DNA of 64,000 nt from Escherichia coli (lineage in GTDB: Bacteria > Pseudomonadota > Gammaproteobacteria > Enterobacterales > Enterobacteriaceae), in assembly GCF_041248615.1 (NCBI RefSeq), contig NZ_CP158426.1; one strand, written 5' to 3'. Made by a program: the position numbers and the translations under genes. A model generated the notes under the pieces. It searched no databases. It was not told where the DNA came from and saw nothing but the letters and a program-made list of their open reading frames with translations. This document shows positions 11,310-21,238 of this stretch, piece by piece (position 1 is the first letter of the stretch; the number at the start of each line of letters is the position of its first letter).

Positions 11310-11684
11310 TTATGAGGTGGTTGCGGGTGCCAGTGTCGGATAAACAGCCATATAAACGTAACCACAGGAGCCGAGGGTGTCGGCTTCACAGGCCAGCCCC
11401 TTCGCATACAGTGTCACGGTATGCTGATGGCGGGGATTCAGTTCACCGCTGGTGAGCATGAGCTCCAGTTGTTTCATCAGCAGCGGAAAGGCCTGGTCCA
11501 GGTGGTACGCATCTGCATCGCTGAACAGGCCTCTGATACCGGCGCGGTCGGCAAGGTAATGCAACCGGTTACCCTCCTGCACCAGACGTGCCCCGAAACA
11601 GGGCGTCACGGTGCAGGGCAGCCCCCACCAGGGGCGGTCGTGATTGTCGTCGGGAAGTGTTGTCCCGGGGAGTGTGTCTGACAC
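11310..11684 (-). CDS. cbeA: antitoxin CbeA (YeeU family)
   Basis: 124-aa ORF MSDTLPGTT...HQHTVTLYAKGL... matches YeeU/CbeA; directly upstream of cbtA. Confidence 0.85.
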   Translation of the reverse strand: MSDTLPGTTLPDDNHDRPWWGLPCTVTPCFGARLVQEGNRLHYLADRAGIRGLFSDADAYHLDQAFPLLMKQLELMLTSGELNPRHQHTVTLYAKGLACEADTLGSCGYVYMAVYPTLAPATTS

Positions 11685-11759
11685 GATAAAATCCTCACAG
11701 AAAATCGGTTAAGAATGGTCCGGTAGTGGCGATAATTCTGCTCATCAGAATGCCCTGAC

Positions 11760-11981
11760 TCAGTTCAGGGTGACACTCATCAGGCGGACATACGGGCCAA
11801 AACTGTCCTTACGGCGTTCTGCAAATACAGCCAGCACACCGGGAATATCCTGCACTTCACGACCGGTATACGCCTCAGCACTGCCGTGCCAGCGGTATTT
11901 ACCGGTACAGAACGGAAAAAGACGGGATGTCGGATGTTGTTGGTGAATACGCATGGCTTCACCACGGGTGATGATTTTCAT
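11760..11981 (-). CDS. yeeT: YeeT-like protein (DUF987)
   Basis: 73-aa ORF in the canonical position between the RadC-like gene and cbeA. Confidence 0.7.
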   Translation of the reverse strand: MKIITRGEAMRIHQQHPTSRLFPFCTGKYRWHGSAEAYTGREVQDIPGVLAVFAERRKDSFGPYVRLMSVTLN

Positions 11982-12049
11982 GGTGTGATACCTCTGAAGA
12001 CAGAAGATAAAAGTGAAAACAGGTGTGATGTGGTGGTGACGGTGACGGG

Positions 12050-12526
12050 TTAAAGCAGACCGTGTTCCGCAAAGGAGAAAACCTGGCTGCCACCGACTAT
12101 CAGATGGTCCGGTACCCGGATATCCACCAGGCCCAGTGCCTGTACCAGACGTTCCGTGATAAGGCGGTCTGCCTTGCTGGGTGTGACTTCACCGGACGGG
12201 TGATTGTGTGCCAGCACCACGGCAGCGGCATTGTGGTGCAGGGCGCGTTTAATCACCTCCCGGGGATGGACTTCCGTGCGGTTGATGGTGCCGGTGAAGA
12301 GGGTTTCACCGGCAATCAGCTGATTCTGGTTATTCAGATACAGCACCCGGAATTCTTCACGCTCCAGTCCCGCCATGTTCAGAATCAGCCATTCCCGTGC
12401 CGCACGGGTGGAGGTGAAGGCCACGCCGGGTTCATGAAGATGGCGGTCCAGGGTTTTCAGGGCCCGCTGAATGAGACTGCGCTCGCCGGGCGTCATTTCT
12501 CCGGGCAGAAAGGAAATCTGTTGCAT
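12050..12526 (-). CDS. yeeS: RadC-like JAB-domain protein (YeeS/YkfG/YfjY family)
   Basis: 158-aa ORF with the HNHPSG JAMM motif. Confidence 0.85.
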   Translation of the reverse strand: MQQISFLPGEMTPGERSLIQRALKTLDRHLHEPGVAFTSTRAAREWLILNMAGLEREEFRVLYLNNQNQLIAGETLFTGTINRTEVHPREVIKRALHHNAAAVVLAHNHPSGEVTPSKADRLITERLVQALGLVDIRVPDHLIVGGSQVFSFAEHGLL

Positions 12527-12541
12527 TGTTCCTGCCCCCTT

Positions 12542-13027
12542 TCAGTCAATAATGCGCATAATGGCGTCGTATTCCGGATGTTGCAGGGCGTAATCCCGCA
12601 GCCGGTAATAATGGACCGTCATGGCATAACACTCCGTACGACAGGCATGATGACTGTACGTCATCAGACAGGCAGCAATGCCGGCGGCTTCCGGGCTCAT
12701 TTCAGCGCGGTTACTGTTCATGACATTGAACAGTACCCATGTTTCGTCATCATCGTCATCCGGTTCGGGTGCCATAAATGCCCCTCCGTTATTCAGTGTG
12801 TACAGATTCCAGATACCACCGCAGTAGTCTTCACACAGACGGTCCATCCAGCCGAAGACACGGGGCTCCAGGGTCACCCACTGTGGAATGAGGCCAAAGT
12901 GCTGTGGCCAGAAGCTGATGCACTGTTCATCAGGGACGGGAGTGGCAACCAGTTGAGACTGGTTATTCCCTGATGCAGTAGTTACGGAAACAGAAGGTGT
13001 GGTGGAATTATGTGAAACGGTTGTCAT
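12542..13027 (-). CDS. antirestriction protein (ArdB/KlcA family, YfjX/YafX-like)
   Basis: Conserved ...FWPQHFG...WMDRLCEDY...YTLNNGGAFMAP... sequence; start placed at the second Met, alternative start at 13051. Confidence 0.8.
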   Translation of the reverse strand: MTTVSHNSTTPSVSVTTASGNNQSQLVATPVPDEQCISFWPQHFGLIPQWVTLEPRVFGWMDRLCEDYCGGIWNLYTLNNGGAFMAPEPDDDDDETWVLFNVMNSNRAEMSPEAAGIAACLMTYSHHACRTECYAMTVHYYRLRDYALQHPEYDAIMRIID

Positions 13028-13117
13028 GATATTATTCCTTATAAAAAGCAAATGAATGAAGAAGGCTCGGGGGCAGGGACAGACGTGAGTCAGGACGGCG
13101 CTTTCAGGTAAACGGTA

Positions 13118-13936
13118 TCAGCGCATGTTCTCCAGCAGCGTTTCCGCCATCACCCATAATGCGCGATTGAGCTTAATATCGGTGTCGATGCTGTGAATGG
13201 CCCGGGTATGGATACGTTTTCCTCTGGCACTGCGGCCGGAAATTCCGCCTTTCAGCATATTCTCCTGGATGGTCTGATATGCGCTCCACAGGTCCTTACC
13301 GTAATCCTCCCTGCGTCGTGGCGTAAGAATGTCAGCGGTGGTGACGGGCTGATGTTCGTCACCATAACGGTAAGTCAGGGCCGCCTGTGCCAGCGCCTGG
13401 CGTGCCGGTGGCGGCAGGACCAGCGACTGCATGGCATCACGCTTCTCCTCTATCCGGTCAAACACGCCCACCACCTCGTAAGCCCCTTCGATAACTTTCT
13501 CCACTACATTTCCCCGGTGTGGAACACGCACTTCCCCCAGAGACTGGCCACAGACGCACCCGTTCTGGCAGACGAACCTGAAGTAACCCGGCAGCATCTG
13601 GTAGCTGGAGGTACCGTCATGAGAGTTGAGCAGAATAATTTCAGGGACATGTTCTCCGTTTATCTCTCCGGCCCGCCGCAGACGCAGCATGTGTTTGGTA
13701 TATTCCCGGCGGCTCTGGTCGCGCACACGGGTCTGGCAGGCGAAGAACGGCTGAAAGCCTTCCCGCTGCAGATTTTCCAGGACGGTAATGGTGGGAATGT
13801 ACGCATACCGTTCACTGCGGGAGGTGTGCCGGTCTTCCCCAAAAATACTGGGTACATGGCGTATCAGTTCTTCATGTGTCAGCGGACGGTCACGGCGTAT
13901 CTGGTTTACATGACCAAAACGACTTGCTAATCGCAT
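13118..13936 (-). CDS. DUF932-family protein (YfjQ/YafZ-like)
   Basis: 272-aa ORF in the position typical of CP4-type modules. Confidence 0.75.
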   Translation of the reverse strand: MRLASRFGHVNQIRRDRPLTHEELIRHVPSIFGEDRHTSRSERYAYIPTITVLENLQREGFQPFFACQTRVRDQSRREYTKHMLRLRRAGEINGEHVPEIILLNSHDGTSSYQMLPGYFRFVCQNGCVCGQSLGEVRVPHRGNVVEKVIEGAYEVVGVFDRIEEKRDAMQSLVLPPPARQALAQAALTYRYGDEHQPVTTADILTPRRREDYGKDLWSAYQTIQENMLKGGISGRSARGKRIHTRAIHSIDTDIKLNRALWVMAETLLENMR

Positions 13937-14026
13937 GATTTGCTCCTTATGAATGAGTTAGCGGTATAAATGAAAAAGCCGCGTCTTCTGGAGAAGACGC
14001 GGCCTGATGGATCAAGTGAATGACGT

Positions 14027-14260
14027 TTATTGCCTGAGAATTCCCTCACTGGCGAGATACGGATTTAGCTGTTTTCCGGCATCAGGTTCAAAATTCCAGC
14101 ACCGCCAGCGTAGCTGCCCTTCAGCATTGCGAATAACCAACCGGGAATATGTTCCCTGGTCATCTTCAGTAAACACATTGCGGTAAGCTGTTTTGACGGC
14201 AACAGCCTGTTCGCGTGAGAAAGGGCCTTCGGGCAATAAACGTGATGTACAACCCGGCAT
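14027..14260 (-). CDS. DUF905-family small protein (YkfF/YfjR-like)
   Basis: C-terminal ...[38 protein letters not shown] matches remembered YkfF-type proteins; start trimmed to internal Met. Confidence 0.55.
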   Translation of the reverse strand: MPGCTSRLLPEGPFSREQAVAVKTAYRNVFTEDDQGTYSRLVIRNAEGQLRWRCWNFEPDAGKQLNPYLASEGILRQ

Positions 14261-14330
14261 ATCTGTTGCTCCCTGAAAGTAAAAAGCCCCGGTCATGATG
14301 ACCGGGGCCTGAAGGAGAGTGACCTGATTA

Positions 14331-16448
14331 TCAGAAAGTCACATTCAGCGTGGCCTGACCGTTATAACCTTCAGCGCTGCTGCCGCTGACACTGTGGGCA
14401 TAACCGGCCTGAACGCCCAGGGTGATATTTTCCCGGACACGGGCTTCCAGTCCGGCCTGCAGGTCCAGTGACGTGCCATTCCGGGACGGTGAGAACGTCA
14501 TGTTACTGCCGGCGGCGGCTGTACCCATGCTCATGTCACCCCGGGAGCTGAAAGTGCGGATAACAGAAGGCTGTACCCACCAGTTCACCGGCAGTTCACT
14601 CACACGGTGTTTTGTACTGTCGCGCAGAGTGTCACGGGATGAGGTGCCTTCGCCAAAGGTCATATCGTTGTGGCTGCCCAGACGGAAGCCGGCACGCACA
14701 TGTTGTGTACTGCCATGCCCGAACTTCACATAACCGGCGTTATCCTGGCCGTCATCCAGGGAGAGCCCCTGCCAGGTGTACTGCAGTTGTGGCTCCAGCA
14801 TCAGGTTGTCAGTGATACTGAAGGGCAGACCGGTTTCCAGTGAGCCCAGCCAGCCCCAGCCCCGGGCGCGGAAGTCGTTATTGTCCGATGACGCTTTCAT
14901 GCTGTGGCGGGTTCCCTGTGCCACAATGTCAGCCCACAGGCCGGAGGACGTGTGTGTCAGATTCAGGTATCCGCCCAGGCTGCCGGCATCATCCCGGACC
15001 GTGCCGGCGCGGGAACCGTCATCATCCTTAACATCAACGGAAGAATGGCCTGCAGCACCATATACCCCTGTCGTCAGAGACATACCGGCAACCTCTGTTC
15101 TGAGCAGGTCACCCTCCAGATGGACGAAGCCATAGCTGCCGCTGCTTTCCGGCGTGGCTCCACGGGCAATACCGCCGTTGTTATCGTGACCGAGATGACC
15201 GCCCTGAATGCTGAGACGGACGCTGTTATTTTCACCGCTTACACCGGTCTGATGGCTGCGGGAGCCTGCCAGAATCCGGTCATAGTCCATTGCCTGTGTC
15301 AGCATGGAGGCATACAGGGGGACTTCAGCACGATAAGCATTTTCACTGCGCAGGTACCAGTCTTCATCGCTGTCACGGTTCAGGGTGTAGTTAAAGGCTC
15401 CGGCCTGAAGCGGGCGACTCAGGGCAAACGCACCTTCTTCTGTGGTGGCACCATTCTGTGCATCCACAACCCGGATACCCTGTCCGGAGGTTGCCACCCC
15501 GAGGTTACTGTTTCCGACATTTGTAAACGCAAGCCAGGTTTTGCCGGTTGCCTGACCACCATTAATCACCAGCTGGTCAGAGGTATTGCTGCCATCAAGG
15601 CGAACACGCATATTGATGGTGCCACCCTGACCGGTGAGGTTACTGGTTGTCAGTTTATGGAACGTTACCGGGGCGTTGCCTTTTGCAACAGCACGGCTCA
15701 GTACGGCATCCGGTGTTGTCTGATTGTCAAAGTAAATCTCCCCTGCGTTAACAATATCGCCGGTACTGACCACATCACCATTCAGTACCATGCTGGCGCC
15801 TTTACTGAGCTGTGTTCTGCCACTCAGACTTCCCCCGGCAGCCAGCATCAGTGTTCCACGATGTCCGACAGTGGTGTTGCTGGCCTGTCCCCCGGCATTA
15901 ACCGTAAAGCTGCCGCCATTTTCCAGCAGCAGGTCGCTGGCCTGACCGGATATGCCATCAATACTGAACTTACCGCTGGCATTGGTCCCCTCAACAGTGG
16001 CACCACTGTCTGCTATCAGGGCACCACCGGATGTCATGGTGACATCTGTTGCCTTACCACCGGCAGACACTGCCAGGGTACCGCCGTCATCCACCAGTGT
16101 TTTCTGCGCTGAATGGCCCTCCAGTACATCCAGGCGACCGCCGGACTCCAGAACAACGCCGTCAGCCTTACCGTTTTCCACTGTGAAATTGCCCAGACGG
16201 TTGCTGCCGGTGACGGTTGCCGCCGTACTGGTGACCAGTGCGCCGCCCTGCGTCAGGGTGACATTCGTGGCTGTACCACCGGCGTTCACCTGCAGTTTGC
16301 CTTTCTGGTTAACGGTGGTGAAATCCGCCAGACCACCTTCCTTGATAATCTGCCAGCCGTCACTGTTAACAACAGTGCCAGACGCCGTACCGCCGTTGTG
16401 CACATACTGGTACCCCCCATTCAGCGTGGTATCCAGTGCGTGACCATG
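14331..16448 (-). pseudogene. flu: antigen 43 (flu/agn43) autotransporter, distal portion (passenger remainder + beta-barrel), separated from its 5' end by an IS insertion
   Basis: Glycine/threonine-rich beta-helical repeats and autotransporter C-terminus ending ...ATLNVTF; continues upstream until the IS boundary at 16449. Confidence 0.8.
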
Positions 16449-16533
16449 TGCGTATTACCGTGAAGGAGATCGGTGAGTAACATCGATGGAGATCGGTTCG
16501 TGTCACTTTCACAGAACCGTTTTTAAATTACCT

Positions 16534-17283
16534 TCACTGATCTCCTTCGGTCAACGGAGATTGTATTTTCCGCATTGATTCTCCTTTAAGTTCGATCTTG
16601 ATACTGCCATGAACCAGTCGATCTAGGATGGCATCCGCATGTGTGGAGTCTCCGATCATTTTGTACCAGTTTTCCACCGGCAACTGGCTCACTACGATGA
16701 TTGAGCCTCGTTGGTACATCAGATCCACTATTTCCAGCAGGTCGCTACGCTGTTCTGATGAGAGAGGTTCCAGCCCCCAGTCATCCAGAAGCAGCAGATC
16801 GCTATTATTCAGCCTGGTCAAAAGTTTGCTGTATCTTCCATCAGCATGCCCCTGATAGCACTGTTCCATCAGCGCTTTAAGGCGATAATAGTAGACCTTG
16901 TATCCCTGTCGGCAGGCATTATGACCAAGTGCACATGCCAGGAACGTTTTACCGCTGCCGGTGGCCCCGGTCAGTAAAATATTTTGTTTCAGGGTTAACC
17001 AGTTTCCCTGACTGAGTGAACGGATGAGGGCCCTGTCCAGCCCTCTATTGTTACGATAATCCAGCTTTGATAACTCAGCATTAAGTCTGAACCGTGCATG
17101 TTTGATCAGACGCTCTGCCTTCCTGTTTTCACGGCAGGTTAGTTCTTCTGCTGTCAGTAATGACAGGCGTTCTTCGAAGCCCAGCTCCTGGTATGTGCCC
17201 GGCTGAGCAAGTTGCTTTTTAAGCGCATCACGGAAGCCGGTGAGTTTAAGTGCGGTCAGTTGTTCGTAAAGATGATTCATCAT
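16534..17283 (-). CDS. istB: IS21-family helper ATPase IstB
   Basis: 249-aa ORF with Walker A motif GATGSGKT. Confidence 0.85.
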   Translation of the reverse strand: MMNHLYEQLTALKLTGFRDALKKQLAQPGTYQELGFEERLSLLTAEELTCRENRKAERLIKHARFRLNAELSKLDYRNNRGLDRALIRSLSQGNWLTLKQNILLTGATGSGKTFLACALGHNACRQGYKVYYYRLKALMEQCYQGHADGRYSKLLTRLNNSDLLLLDDWGLEPLSSEQRSDLLEIVDLMYQRGSIIVVSQLPVENWYKMIGDSTHADAILDRLVHGSIKIELKGESMRKIQSPLTEGDQ

Positions 17284-17294
17284 TGGATCCCGTA

Positions 17295-18836
17295 TCAGTG
17301 GTAATACTCACTGCCGCGTACGTTTTCGTGTTCCATCGTGGATAACAGATCTGGTTTTGGATCCTGAACAGGTTGTTTATCCAGACCTTTTTCCAGGATC
17401 GATTTAATACCTGACAGACGCCATACCTTTGTTTTCAGAGCTCTTGCACATGCTGCATTAAGTCTGGCTTTACTGTATTTTTTATGAAGGTTCAGGAGTC
17501 CAAGGCAGAAGCGATAGCTTTGTTCCGGATGTGGACGAGAGTTCAGTATATGAAGCACATAACTATGAGTTTCACTGCCTATGTGCCCCGCCCATTCCAG
17601 AAGACGCTCTGGCGTCCAGGTGGCATGCTGTCGATGAGCTTCAGGCATGTGCTCGTTGCGGGTACTGTAGCCATAAGTACGCTTGCGCGGGTGCACAGCA
17701 ACCTCCTGCCCCTGATTGAAGAGTCTTACCAGTTCTCCGGAGATCCATGCTTCCAGTTGCTGGCCTAACAGCGAACATGGAACCGAGTAGTAATGTTTGT
17801 CGATTTCCACGTGGTAATCGGCATGAACTCTGACTTTCTTCACCAGGGTGTAACTGTAACTGGCTTCAGGAAGAGGCTTCAGTGCGGGTTTATCAAGCTG
17901 GATGAAGAGTTCTGCACGTGAATAACCCAACTTCTGCATTATTTTGTTATTCAGTCTTTCCAGCAACTCCCGAATGCGCTGATTAAGCGATGCAAGGCTG
18001 TAGAAGATCTCATGCCTGATTCGGGCCATGATCCAGCGTTCAACAACCTGAACGCCAACTTCAGCTTTGGCTTTATCTTTCGGTTTACGTGGCCGCGCAG
18101 GCAAAACTGCGACATTATAATGCTCAAGCATCTGCTGGTAGGTAGGGTTAACGTCAGGATCATACTTACATGCCCTGGATGTGGCGCTTTTCAGATTGTC
18201 CGGAACAACAAGTTCAGGAACGCCACCCAACCACTGGAAGCAGCGAACATGACTCATCACCCAGTCTTCAAGCTGCTGAGACCAGGTGGCCTCTGCCCAT
18301 GTGTAACTTGATGCCCCGAGAACAGCTACGATGACCTGAGCAGTTCTTATTTCTCCGGTCTCAGGGTCGGTAACGCCAACGGTAGGTCCACAGTAATCAA
18401 CGAAAAGTTTTTCGCCAGCTTTATGTACCTGACGCATTGATGGTGAAGTGGTTTTGAGCCATTCACGGTACATCCGGCAGTAATGGTTATAGCTGTAAAA
18501 ACCGCCTGGATTACGCTCACAGTATTCTTCCCAGAGTAGCTGCAGCGTCACGCATTTATTACGCAGTTCCCGGTGTACTGTAGCCCAGTCAGGCAGAGAG
18601 TGCTTCTTCATCTTAACCTGGGTCTGAAGGAACGCATGTTTTAGTTTTGTATCATCCCATCCTGTAGGTAAGGGCCACTGCTTTATGCCAAGTTGAGCCG
18701 CCCGATTAGCATATCTGGATACAACGGAAGGGGAGATTGCAAGACTACGACCAATTTGTCGATGGCTGAGTCCAACACCGTATTTAAGCCTAAGAATTTC
18801 TTTAAGTTTTCTCATAGAAATTGGAACTGTTGGCAT
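17295..18836 (-). CDS. istA: IS21-family transposase IstA
   Basis: 513-aa ORF with N-terminal HTH and DDE core; immediately upstream of istB. Confidence 0.85.
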   Translation of the reverse strand: MPTVPISMRKLKEILRLKYGVGLSHRQIGRSLAISPSVVSRYANRAAQLGIKQWPLPTGWDDTKLKHAFLQTQVKMKKHSLPDWATVHRELRNKCVTLQLLWEEYCERNPGGFYSYNHYCRMYREWLKTTSPSMRQVHKAGEKLFVDYCGPTVGVTDPETGEIRTAQVIVAVLGASSYTWAEATWSQQLEDWVMSHVRCFQWLGGVPELVVPDNLKSATSRACKYDPDVNPTYQQMLEHYNVAVLPARPRKPKDKAKAEVGVQVVERWIMARIRHEIFYSLASLNQRIRELLERLNNKIMQKLGYSRAELFIQLDKPALKPLPEASYSYTLVKKVRVHADYHVEIDKHYYSVPCSLLGQQLEAWISGELVRLFNQGQEVAVHPRKRTYGYSTRNEHMPEAHRQHATWTPERLLEWAGHIGSETHSYVLHILNSRPHPEQSYRFCLGLLNLHKKYSKARLNAACARALKTKVWRLSGIKSILEKGLDKQPVQDPKPDLLSTMEHENVRGSEYYH

Positions 18837-19029
18837 AGGTATCCTTTACCGGAATGGCAAAAGATACAGATCAACACACCTGTGAAGTTCCAATAACATT
18901 GATGGAGATCACTGAATAACAAAATGAGTCAAAAGTGATCTCCATCGATGTTATTCAGCGATCTGTTCAAATGTTATTACCCGATCTCGATGGAAGTTAT
19001 TGAGTGATCTCCTTTCATGAAAATACGCA

Positions 19030-19764
19030 ACCATGTACAGTCTGGTCGCCGCCGGCATAAACCACAGTGGTATTTGCCGTTCCTTCAGCAGCCACAATCT
19101 GACGACCATTTTTATTGATGGTGGTGCGTACGGCATCTCCGTAGACGGTCTGCCCGGTATCACCATTTTCCGCATCCGGTCCCCCTTCCGCGCCGGTATT
19201 CACAACCGTGTCGGTTGCCACTGCGCCGGATTTGACGGCCTGCCAGCCCTTCTCATTAATGACGGTACCCGTTGCAATCCCGCCTTCATGTACCCACTGC
19301 TCACCGCCGTTCAGCGTGGTGTTCACTGCCTGCCCCTGAAGGCTCTGTCCGCCTCCGGCACTGATAACCGTGTCTGAAACGCTTCCTCCGGCATTCACTC
19401 TCTGAAGACCACCACCGGTGACAGTAGTGTTGTTGGCGATACCGCCATTTTGTATCCATTGCCCGCCGGTATTGACCTCGTTATCCGGCCCATACTCCAG
19501 CCCGGTACTGATGGTCATTCCGTTGGTCGTACCGAAGACAATCTGGTTGTCATGATTTTCCAGTGCTCCGCCGCTCACGGTTTCTCCCGCCTGTACAACC
19601 GTGTCAGCAGCCAGTGCCGGGACTGATGTGACAGCAGCAAGAGACAGCGCAACCGCCACACCGGCGCGTTTTCCCCGTGAGCGGGCCAGTTCGGAGGCCA
19701 CCACCAGGGTGCCCGTAATGTGATTCCATACCAGCCTGTAGCTGGTGTTCAGATGTCGTTTCAT
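19030..19764 (-). pseudogene. flu: antigen 43 (flu/agn43), 5' portion (signal peptide + start of passenger)
   Basis: MKRHLNTSYRLVWNHITGTLVVASELARSRGKRAGVAV... is the Ag43 signal peptide region; frame runs into the IS21-family element. Confidence 0.8.
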
Positions 19765-19981
19765 CAGCTTTTCCTTACAGAGGGTGAATAAAAAAGCCGG
19801 TACCCACAAATGTGGATACCGGCAGGTACAAAACAGCATGGTCAGATAAAGTGTTTTTTCCCGGACATAAATGCTTCCCCTCTCTCATCCGCCAGAGAAG
19901 TATCAGTCCGTTGTGTGCAATTCCGTTCTGCATGATGAAGAGATTCAGCTGCCTTTTCGCAGGCCATTAACCACTATAAAC

Positions 19982-20017
19982 GATCGATTGTGACGATCGA
20001 TACCTGTTTTATCGATC
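19982..20017. promoter_or_regulatory. cluster of three GATC (Dam) sites upstream of agn43: phase-variation switch (Dam/OxyR)
   Basis: cGATCgattgtgacGATCgatacctgttttatcGATCg, about 220-250 bp upstream of the Ag43 start codon, matching the known agn43 regulatory region. Confidence 0.55.
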
Positions 20018-20136
20018 GTTTTATTCTATTAATAACAAGGCAGCCACGCAAGAGAAACAGGAGGAGTATGAGGGGTTTGTGTCATGTTTTCAGTTGGTTA
20101 ACGCAATGTAATCAGGCATTTCCTCTGGCAGAGTGT

Positions 20137-21009
20137 TCAGAAGAAAATCCAGTTCCATACCGCGCGGGCAACAGAGACCACGGTGTCACGGACGGCACGC
20201 AGAACCGTACGAGCCACAGAGGCAACACAGACGCTCTCCGCCGTGTCAAATATCCGGTCCACCGCACCGGTAAACTGTTCACGGGCCTGCCCCCGGACAG
20301 ATTCCGTGCACAGCTCGTCCTGCAGGCGGGTCATCAGGGGACTGGCGGCATGGTCGGGAAGTGCTGTCATGAGCGCACTGACCAGCGTATCCAGTTCCCA
20401 GCCGGTGCGGGCCGATACGGCCACAACCGGATGTACGGGCCGGAACAGCCGGAATACCGCATCTGTTTTCTCACGAATGTTCTGTTCCTGTGCGGGAGAA
20501 GGCTGAATACCTGCCATATCCCATTCATGGCAGGGCTCCGTTTTGTCGGCCTGCGTCACCACAAACAGCACCTGCTGATGTCCCCGGTGCAGGATGTGTC
20601 GCCAGAAATAGTCATCCACAGACAGGGCCCGGTCATCGGCTTTAATCAGCCACAGTACCAGGTCAAGTTCAGGCAGAATGTCACGGTACAGGGCTTCATA
20701 CTCTGCATCCCTGTCCCGGCTCTCGCCCACCCCGGGCAGGTCAGTGATAACCATGCTGTGACCATGGCCACTCAGACGGAAGCGCTGCACTTCCCGGGTG
20801 CCGGCGTGAACATCACTGACCGGGGTGACCTCCCCCTGAAACAGTGCATTACAGAGTGAGGATTTACCGGCCCCGCTTTTTCCCATAATGCCAATCACGG
20901 GTTCGTGGCTGGTGAGTTTGCGCAGATGTTCCAGGATGTGACGGGAAAGTGAGTAAGGCAGGGAGGAGAGCGGTTTTTCAATTGCCTCAATGGCATCAGA
21001 CGGATTCAT
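20137..21009 (-). CDS. YeeP/YkfA-family GTPase
   Basis: P-loop GKSGAGKSS; start trimmed to internal Met, alternative start at 21072; position upstream of agn43 as in CP4-44. Confidence 0.75.
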   Translation of the reverse strand: MNPSDAIEAIEKPLSSLPYSLSRHILEHLRKLTSHEPVIGIMGKSGAGKSSLCNALFQGEVTPVSDVHAGTREVQRFRLSGHGHSMVITDLPGVGESRDRDAEYEALYRDILPELDLVLWLIKADDRALSVDDYFWRHILHRGHQQVLFVVTQADKTEPCHEWDMAGIQPSPAQEQNIREKTDAVFRLFRPVHPVVAVSARTGWELDTLVSALMTALPDHAASPLMTRLQDELCTESVRGQAREQFTGAVDRIFDTAESVCVASVARTVLRAVRDTVVSVARAVWNWIFF

Positions 21010-21238
21010 ACATGTATTCCCGGTGAAAAAAGACAAAACCCCGCGCACCGGAAAGGTGGCGGGGGGATTCACGGAGATAATATCTGCCTGAAATTATTTG
21101 GAATGCAGGTATATGTGGCTGATTTGTATCAGCTAATGAGTACAGGTCTGAATCTAATCTGACAGTCCGCTCTGTGCCAGGAGCGGACATTGTTTTCCAA
21201 CTATTACCTAAGCCTGCGAACCATCTCATCTTCACCCC

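Larger units (their letters stand above)
16449..19029 (-). mobile_element. IS21-family insertion sequence (istA-istB), inserted in agn43
   Basis: Termini TGCGTATT...AATACGCA are inverted; flanked by direct repeat ACCATG (16443-16448 and 19030-19035); contains istA and istB; splits the Ag43 reading frame. Confidence 0.75.

Noticed and set aside
12062-12973. 303-aa plus-strand ORF spanning the RadC-like and antirestriction genes
   Set aside because: Antisense to two well-supported genes and crosses their intergenic gap; no protein-like features.
13193-13930. 245-aa plus-strand ORF opposite the DUF932 gene
   Set aside because: Antisense shadow ORF of a conserved gene.
14904-16112. 402-aa plus-strand ORF (and several others at 14422-16463) overlapping the Ag43 coding region
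   Set aside because: Antisense to a recognisable autotransporter gene; Cys/Gly/Thr-rich low-complexity translation typical of the reverse frame of repetitive GC-rich coding DNA.
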